A stretch of 60,146 bases of DNA from an uncultured Gammaproteobacteria bacterium (lineage in GTDB: Bacteria > Patescibacteriota > Patescibacteriia > UBA9934). The stretch is from NCBI GenBank assembly GCA_964462325.1, contig CAYWYQ010000002.1, forward strand, positions 3,943-64,088, given 5' to 3'. The notes under the pieces are model-generated. The model saw only the letters and a list, made by a program, of their open reading frames with translations, was not told where the DNA came from and ran no database searches. Shown here in pieces: positions 9,995 through 16,187 of this stretch; positions within the stretch are counted from its first letter, which is position 1; each line of letters opens with the position of its first letter. A program made the translations under genes and the position numbers.

Positions 9995-10892
9995 ATTCTG
10001 AAGTTATGCATCCGCCGAGTGTTCGCAGATCCTTTAGTGCTTCTTTCAATTGATCTTCATGCTTCACTTCATCCTCGGGTCCTTTTCCGGGAGGAGCACC
10101 ATGCCACGTGTAATCACCCTCCATGAAATCGACTCCCTTTCCAGGAATAGTGTGTGCAATAATAACAACGGGCTTTTCCCAAACACTTTTTGCATAATTG
10201 CATGCATCGATAAATTCACGAATATTATGACCATCAATTTCCACAACCTCGAAATTAAAACTTTGGAATTTCTCTCGCAATGGTTCAAGGGGCATGACAT
10301 CTTCGGTGTATCCATCAATTTGAATATTATTTCTATCGATAATCCATGTCAGATTATGAAGATGATGTTTCCCAGCAAACATGGCAGCCTCCCAAGTAAT
10401 TCCTGCTTCTAGTTCTCCGTCGGACATGATGCAATAGACATGCCAAGGCTTACCTTCTTGTTTTCCAATATAGGCCATACCCGCAGCCTGTGGCGACCCA
10501 TCACCGAGTGGTCCCGATGTATTTTCGAGTCCCTTCATATGTGTGATTTCTGGATGACCCTGTAAAGGAGATCCAAGTTTACGCAGGGTACTCAATGTCT
10601 TTTTTGGAAAGTATCCAGCATGCGCCATTGCAACATAACGAATAGGAACAACATGTCCGCAAGAAAGTAGTAGCCGATCCCGCTCTTCCCATTCCGGTTT
10701 TTTTGGATCATGGTAAAGAATGTGTCCGTAGAGTGTTGCGAATATATCAGCAAGTCCAAGCGGACCAGCAGAATGGCCGCTTTTTGCCTCTGTGAGCATT
10801 TTGAGCAAATCTTGACGCATATTATTTGCACTCTTTTCAAGCTCAAGAAGTTTTTGTTCGGTCAGGGTAGGGATGGATCGAATATCTGGCAT
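9987..10892 (-). CDS. tkt: transketolase, N-terminal (TPP-binding) subunit
   Basis: 301 aa with GHSAGPLG, a GDG..EG-type MSDGELEAG segment and IIDRNNIQIDG. Confidence 0.9.
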   Translation of the reverse strand: MPDIRSIPTLTEQKLLELEKSANNMRQDLLKMLTEAKSGHSAGPLGLADIFATLYGHILYHDPKKPEWEERDRLLLSCGHVVPIRYVAMAHAGYFPKKTLSTLRKLGSPLQGHPEITHMKGLENTSGPLGDGSPQAAGMAYIGKQEGKPWHVYCIMSDGELEAGITWEAAMFAGKHHLHNLTWIIDRNNIQIDGYTEDVMPLEPLREKFQSFNFEVVEIDGHNIREFIDACNYAKSVWEKPVVIIAHTIPGKGVDFMEGDYTWHGAPPGKGPEDEVKHEDQLKEALKDLRTLGGCITSECE

Positions 10893-11161
10893 ATGTACGT
10901 ATTATAACCCAATGACCGTACAAGGAAGAAATGCTATAATTGACACTGTATGCAGTACCATCAAGAGAGCATTGGAGCTTCATGCCCGAGCAAGATGAGA
11001 GGGAGCATAAGCTCAATTCTTCACAGAGATTATTTGAGCTGACAAAGCATTGAAAAGATGAGGTTGGCTTGAGGGCTGTTGCTGGCTTTGTCTTGGATTT
11101 GAATAAAGAAGAGTTTCGGTCATTACTGCAGGATATGGAGCCGCTACATAGAGCTGAAATG

Positions 11162-11578
11162 CTATTTAATTTGTGCCGATTTTGCGCGCAGTGTTTCTTG
11201 AATTGCTGTTTCCGCCCCCTCAAGCCCTAAAAAGGCTTGTACGCTAGGAAGGGTACTCTGGCTTTTATAGATATCGATAATACCAGGTAAAATAGCGCCT
11301 AAACTTTGTTTTGTAATTTTTAAGGCCGCTTCCTGTTTATTGTAAACATTCCATATATTCGATGGATCTTGCGCCTCAAATGCCGTTTGCTTTCCTTCTG
11401 TGGCTAATATTAGCCATTTTTCTTGTAAGGACTGTAAAATATGGTATAAATTAGCCCTTTTTATAGACGTTTCATTCAATAAATCACGTACAATAGAACG
11501 CCCTTTTCGCAATAATAACTCATATATTTCTACTTCATGGTCATTTAAACCCAACTCTTTTAGTAGTGGAAATTGCAT
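11162..11578 (-). CDS. TrmB-like winged-helix transcriptional regulator (short; N-terminal domain only)
   Basis: LGLNDHEVEIYELLLRKG..IVRDLLNETSIKRANLYHILQSLQEK is the TrmB-type HTH pattern. The 138-aa ORF is followed by about 270 nt with no ORF. Confidence 0.55.
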   Translation of the reverse strand: MQFPLLKELGLNDHEVEIYELLLRKGRSIVRDLLNETSIKRANLYHILQSLQEKWLILATEGKQTAFEAQDPSNIWNVYNKQEAALKITKQSLGAILPGIIDIYKSQSTLPSVQAFLGLEGAETAIQETLRAKSAQIK

Positions 11579-11869
11579 AATAGTGATCGATTTCTACTTA
11601 TTTTCAATTAAAAACTGACAAAATACTCATATTTATATTAGCTAATATTAGTCAAAATATGCCAGAAAACACTTGATAGAACTTGTCAATTATGTTAATG
11701 AGTAGCTATCGAGGATGAAGAACCGAAACGGAAGAAATACAAGACAGAATATTACAACAATTTGAGAGAGCTCAAGTTCCTGGGTAAAAGGAACATATAA
11801 AGTATAACACTTTATGAAAGCGCATATGCTGATCTCCCCACTAGAAATCAATATATGCGCTTTTTCTAC

Positions 11870-13115
11870 GGAAAAAGTACTACGACGTAACAGATTTACT
11901 TATATGGAATGTCCGAGACGCAAGTCTGAGAGAGATGACGTTCTATGTAGAGAAACTGTTTTCTCAAACCCTTCATTCTACTAATAATGAAGCGTTGGTC
12001 TTCAAAGGAATACATTAATCGCCTTCGGGCAAGGGAAACAACGGAATGACTCCCAATGTCTATGAGAGGCATTGTGGTAAAGAGTGCATCCTTCTTCGAC
12101 TCCCTTCTAGGTCGAGTCAAGGAGGAATCAGTCCTTACCACGGCAATCGAGGAATAGCAAAGAGGTGGTGACACCTGCTGGGCCAAGGATGAACATTCAC
12201 AATTGAATATTCATTAACGAAAGTTACCCGTTTTTGCTTTGCAAAAATGAGAGAGACTTCTAGTTTCAACCGAATATACACCCTTCATTCCGCTGCGACC
12301 ATTTGGCCGATCAGCGGGTCAATGAACGTATATTGCAGGTGTCACCGGAGGGAGGGTAACTTTCCTTGCCCATTCTGCTCACGATGCGGACAAGGTTCAA
12401 CCTTCTCCAAATTGAAGTACCGACTAAACCGCTCTGCGGTATAAGTCGGACTTCTCAAAGAATCGCAGATTTCTCGCGAGCAAAATGGGCAAATAACTTC
12501 CTATATATGGCAGTGCGTCAAGGTTAAACCTTGTATGTAATACGGAAAGGTTGAACCTTTTCCGAATCGAAGTACCGACTGAATCAGTCAAGCTGATTGA
12601 AGTCGGACTTCTCATGTCGAACTTGCTGAGAATCGCAGATAATTTTCTGCATGGATGTAAAAGGTATGTGGGTATATTTGGGAGTGAGTTTGGAACTCTC
12701 TCCCGACTCACTTCTAAATAGCAAAGCAAATCTTTTATATCCATGCGGGGAATCATCCCCTAAAAAAAGCCCTGAAAAGGGCATGGAGGTCCAATGGACC
12801 AGTTCGACACCCCTCGCGCCGAGCGCGAGGAAAGTTCCATCACCTTGCGAAAGGTGATGGAATCCGTTTTTCTCATCGTGGCGGTAATCGCCACGATGAG
12901 TTGCGGAGCCTTTATGGCATCCGCGCCGCTGTTTTTTGCAACGGAAACCAGCGTGCAGACGCTGGTGATTGCAGGCAATGTCCTGCTTGGCGCCAGCCTC
13001 GTGTTGGCTGGCGCCTGGATCGGAGGTGAACTCCTCCGAGACATGGCGACGGGAGAATTCTTCCGTCGCTGAAACGTGCAGGGCGTAGTCACACTCGACT
13101 ACGCCCTGCAAAATT
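11870..13115 (+). ncRNA. candidate large, highly structured ncRNA or palindrome array (unclassified)
   Basis: GC-rich island in an AT-rich genome with no credible ORF. Dozens of stems, a duplicated module with compensatory changes, and 11-12 bp long-range helices. UUCG/GNRA loops read on the + strand only. The ends are approximate. Confidence 0.4.
12794..13072 (+). CDS. doubtful: 92-codon hydrophobic (2-TM-like) ORF inside the hairpin array
   Basis: GGAGG at 12785-12789 with only a 4-nt spacer. The product has two hydrophobic segments, but the ORF is almost fully covered by perfect palindromes and both strands are open here. Confidence 0.25.
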   Translation: MDQFDTPRAEREESSITLRKVMESVFLIVAVIATMSCGAFMASAPLFFATETSVQTLVIAGNVLLGASLVLAGAWIGGELLRDMATGEFFRR

Positions 13116-13127
13116 TCTAACATTAAT

Positions 13128-13156
13128 ATTGACAGGAAGCAAAAATAGAATATACT
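13128..13156 (+). promoter_or_regulatory. sigma70-like promoter (TTGACA, 16-nt spacer, TATACT)
   Basis: TTGACA at 13128-13133 and TATACT at 13150-13155 in an intergenic region, with no ORF downstream before the terminator at 13249. Confidence 0.45.
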
Positions 13157-13248
13157 GAAAAATCAATGATGTCGGTCGACAATCGGAAATGAAAGTTTAT
13201 CATCTCTCTCGATGAACCGTCATGTCTTGAGTCGCCGGCCTCTAAAAT

Positions 13249-13281
13249 AAAAGAACTCCCATAAGGGAGTTCTTTTATTTT
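13249..13281. terminator. bidirectional rho-independent terminator
   Basis: AAAAGAACTCCC-ataa-GGGAGTTCTTTT: a 12-bp stem with A/T runs on both sides, downstream of the minus-strand gene that ends at 13299. Confidence 0.8.
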
Positions 13282-13298
13282 GATAATATTTCCTTGAA

Positions 13299-14117
13299 TT
13301 ACTGTACAAAGATCGCTCCTGTACTTGATGAATTTAATCCATCGAAGAATGTGTAGGTTCCTGCTTCATCAAAACTGCGAATCTTTGATGCTCCTGGTTG
13401 AATGGTTCCTGTACCCCATTTTAGATTATCTGCGGTAGCATTATGCGTTGTTGATCCGGTATTTGTGAATCGGACCCCTTGTCCAACATCGATTGTGACA
13501 TCGATTGGGCTAAATCCATTGTCCGTAATAGAAATTTCTGCTGGCGCAACGAGTCCTTTATCGTCATCGATTGAACTTGTTCCGGCTTCGACGCTTGCCA
13601 CGTCATACTGACTTCCGCTTGTGATTTCTGAACCAATTGCATAGGTATTACCGAAGAATGAATCAGGCATATCATCGATCATGGTATTCCATGCAGATCC
13701 ATAGAGTTCTACAGCAATTGCTTCTGATCCTACATGTCGAAGGACTCCACCCTCTGAAACAGCATAGGTCTTAGGGTCACTATTGATTTTGAGCATGCGT
13801 GCACCTGGCTTGTAGGAAATATTTCCACCAATCTGTACTTTTGGTAAATCTGAATCTGCAACGGTTTTCACATCATCGAAATTGTCATACCAAGTAAAGT
13901 AGGTTCCGCTGGTTGGGAATACATATCGGTATCCGTCTGCCCCTAGATAATAAACAGCAGGAAGTGTTTCTCCGCGGAAAAGGTCACCGGCGCTGAGGCT
14001 TTCAATGGTAGAAAGGGCTCGAGCTTGTGGTGCGGCTGCGGTAAAGTAGCCCGCGAATGCGATAGACGTCGCAATTGCGATAAGTGCGAAGTGCTTAAAT
14101 GATAGTGTAGTACTCAT
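13299..14117 (-). CDS. secreted protein with C-terminal cupredoxin-like domain (function unknown)
   Basis: I trimmed the start to the ATG at 14117, giving the signal peptide MSTTLSFKHFALIAIATSIAFAGYFTAAAPQARA. The C-terminus (ISITDNGFSP..VRFTNTGSTTHN..GTYTFFD) resembles plastocyanin-like folds. Confidence 0.7.
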   Translation of the reverse strand: MSTTLSFKHFALIAIATSIAFAGYFTAAAPQARALSTIESLSAGDLFRGETLPAVYYLGADGYRYVFPTSGTYFTWYDNFDDVKTVADSDLPKVQIGGNISYKPGARMLKINSDPKTYAVSEGGVLRHVGSEAIAVELYGSAWNTMIDDMPDSFFGNTYAIGSEITSGSQYDVASVEAGTSSIDDDKGLVAPAEISITDNGFSPIDVTIDVGQGVRFTNTGSTTHNATADNLKWGTGTIQPGASKIRSFDEAGTYTFFDGLNSSSTGAIFVQ

Positions 14118-14185
14118 AAAAAATATATTCTTTAAATCACAAGAATTATAACATGATAATTTTTGTGTGCAAGAAATACTTGTGT

Positions 14186-14830
14186 TTAAAGGGATGAATA
14201 ATAATCGTAGACAGTTGCGAGGTCTTCTGCATCCCAGAGTCCAGATCCAATACATAATTGGTCAGCTCCTGCTTGAACAATGGCTGGAGCATTATGTTCT
14301 TTTACGCCTCCGTCAACCGCAATGGTAAGGGCAGGATAGGAATTTTTTGCTTCTTTTATTTTCTGTATGATTTGTTCTCCAAGGAATCGTTGGCCGGATG
14401 CCCCTGGGTGCACGCCCATAATAAGGAGCAGGTCAATGTATTCATACGCATTTTCAATGCAGTCGAGTGTTGTCTCTGGATTGATGGCAATTCCAACTTC
14501 TACACCAAGTTCACGCAAAGCAAGGACTATTTCTTCAAGGGGCTCACCAATTTCTGCGTGAATAATAACTCTTGTTACAAATGGAGTTAATTCATGCCAA
14601 TTAAGTACCGTTTTAAGAGGGTCTTGAATCATGAGATGTAATTCCAAATTTGGAAGTGAAGGCAGTATGGCAATTATATTCGGATCAGCCCATGAGTGAG
14701 CATGAAACATACTTCCATCCAGAACATCTATTTGCCATGTTTTTGCATGTGCACGTAAAGCGATATTCTGTATTTTTTCAGTAAATTCTTCTTCATTTTG
14801 AGCGAGAATGGCAGGGATAACTTCCGTCAT
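14186..14830 (-). CDS. rpe: ribulose-phosphate 3-epimerase
   Basis: Motifs IDVLDGSMF, LELHLM, IAINP, MGVHPGASGQ.F and AVDGGV. I trimmed the start to the ATG at 14830, 1 nt after the rpiB stop. Confidence 0.85.
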   Translation of the reverse strand: MTEVIPAILAQNEEEFTEKIQNIALRAHAKTWQIDVLDGSMFHAHSWADPNIIAILPSLPNLELHLMIQDPLKTVLNWHELTPFVTRVIIHAEIGEPLEEIVLALRELGVEVGIAINPETTLDCIENAYEYIDLLLIMGVHPGASGQRFLGEQIIQKIKEAKNSYPALTIAVDGGVKEHNAPAIVQAGADQLCIGSGLWDAEDLATVYDYYSSL

Positions 14831-14831
14831 A

Positions 14832-15284
14832 TTAATTTGATTCTTCGATTGATTGTAGTTGCTGTAATCGACGTCGGTGACGTGCTTTATTTGAAAACGG
14901 CGTTGTAAGGAATATGTCGGTAATAGCAAGGGGGTCATCATTCGTCTGCAGACGTCCCGGTAATGAGAGAATATTTGCATTATCGTCTTGCCGCATCGTG
15001 GCGGCGGCTTCTTTTGAATAACCAATGCCGGCGCGTATACCATCAAATTTATTTGCAGCGATCATAATTCCTTCCGCATTTCCGCAGGCGAGAATTCCGA
15101 ATGAATTTGGATGGCTTAAAACTGCTTCTGCCACTTTTTCGGCATAAACAGGGTAATCATCTGATGGGTTGAGTGTGTGCGCGCCAAGATCCTCAACATG
15201 GAATCCTTGTAATTCCAAGTGTTCTTTAATGCTATTTTTTAAATCAAAGCCCGCATGATCGGCTCCAAGAAATACCGTTTGCAT
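14832..15284 (-). CDS. rpiB: ribose-5-phosphate isomerase B
   Basis: 150 aa with GADHAGFDLK and ILACGNAEG motifs. Confidence 0.9.
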   Translation of the reverse strand: MQTVFLGADHAGFDLKNSIKEHLELQGFHVEDLGAHTLNPSDDYPVYAEKVAEAVLSHPNSFGILACGNAEGIMIAANKFDGIRAGIGYSKEAAATMRQDDNANILSLPGRLQTNDDPLAITDIFLTTPFSNKARHRRRLQQLQSIEESN

Positions 15285-15382
15285 ATAGGGGATTATACAA
15301 AATTCGTTAGATTATTGCGATCAAGTATGTTTTTACTTGCGTTTCGAGGGTGTTGAATATAAAGTGCTGAAAGGAGGGAAAC

Positions 15383-15874
15383 ATGAACAGTTCATTGATT
15401 GATGCACTTCGCTTGGCAGAGACAGGTGACCATATGCAACTCTTTTTTGATGGATTTGGTCGCATTGTGCGACTGAGCTCACCATGTCACCGCGGTTCAA
15501 TCTGGCCACTCGGACTATCCCTCGGTATTCCGGCACCAGAGGACCCGAATGGAACAATTATTCATACATTTCTATGGGACGAAGACTTGTATGGAAATGG
15601 CGGTCTTGCAACACTTGCAAGTATTGTTGCACGCATTAATAGAACGAAGGAGACTGTTCAGCAATACGTCCACAATTGGGAATTTAGAGTGGTGCTTCCG
15701 AAGAGCATTGATTCTCGAAGTGGTTATACGTCGTGGGGAAGAGGAGTAAGACTTTCTGAGCAACGGCATTATTTTCGTGAGGCAGAGCCTTCGCGTAGGA
15801 TACTTGTAGGTCATCTGTATTTTCATGCGATTTGCTATGTGCAAAATCTACCGAAGAGAAATTCGGTCTTTTGA
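15383..15874 (+). CDS. hypothetical protein
   Basis: Strong RBS (AAGGAGGG) about 6 nt before the ATG at 15383. 163 aa, visibly GC-richer than its neighbours. Confidence 0.6.
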   Translation: MNSSLIDALRLAETGDHMQLFFDGFGRIVRLSSPCHRGSIWPLGLSLGIPAPEDPNGTIIHTFLWDEDLYGNGGLATLASIVARINRTKETVQQYVHNWEFRVVLPKSIDSRSGYTSWGRGVRLSEQRHYFREAEPSRRILVGHLYFHAICYVQNLPKRNSVF

Positions 15875-15934
15875 TCCGACTCAAGGACGAGGCGGATTTT
15901 TTATTTATGTAGGGGGTAGGGAGTAGTCGATTAG

Positions 15935-16113
15935 CCACCTAGCAAGTTAGCTTATAGCACGCTTTCCGTCATTTCGACCGAGTAAAGGGAGTGGAGAAAT
16001 CTCCTGTAGATTTGTGCCACAAGAAGATCCTAGATCGGGGTCGGGGATGACGATTGCCATGAACGGAAGATCGGTAAACCAAATCGAGGTTGAACCTCGA
16101 GGTTCAACCTCGG
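15935..16113. repeat. mosaic REP-like intergenic repeat block upstream of ileS
   Basis: Contains ttagccacctagc, gtggagaaatctcctgtag (15991-16009), gatcggggtcggggatgacg, and a perfect 28-nt palindrome CGAGGTTGAACCTCGAGGTTCAACCTCG (16085-16112). Confidence 0.8.
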
Positions 16114-16187
16114 GCGCGGAAAATGCCGTAAATAGATTCATTGTCCCTCTTGTTTGATAGGTGGTTTATTGATAACCTTAGCGATAT

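Noticed and set aside
10843-11223. ORF 10843..11223(-), 126 aa
   Set aside because: It overlaps the 5' end of tkt-N and the 3' end of the TrmB-like gene. Its translation is Ser/Cys-rich and low-complexity.
11870-13115. Identity of the structured locus as tmRNA, SRP RNA, 6S RNA, an rRNA fragment, a group II intron, a retron or a DGR template
   Set aside because: It has no tRNA-like CCA end or tag ORF, no GGAA/AGCAG SRP domain IV, no universal rRNA strings and no domain V-like motif. No reverse transcriptase gene lies anywhere in the window.
11896-13123. ORF-track entries 11896..12186(-), 12247..12444(+), 12424..12756(-), 12584..13123(-), 12651..12857(+) and 12760..13092(-) considered as protein-coding genes
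   Set aside because: They overlap one another on both strands, lack RBS/start context, and translate to Arg/Ser/Cys/His-rich non-protein-like sequence. They sit in GC-rich palindromic DNA, which keeps frames open by chance.
15875-16187. A T-box or other riboswitch leader upstream of ileS, and likewise upstream of valS, trpS and argS
   Set aside because: I could not find a T-box sequence, specifier-loop architecture or terminator/antiterminator pair. The ileS upstream region is explained by REP-like repeats.
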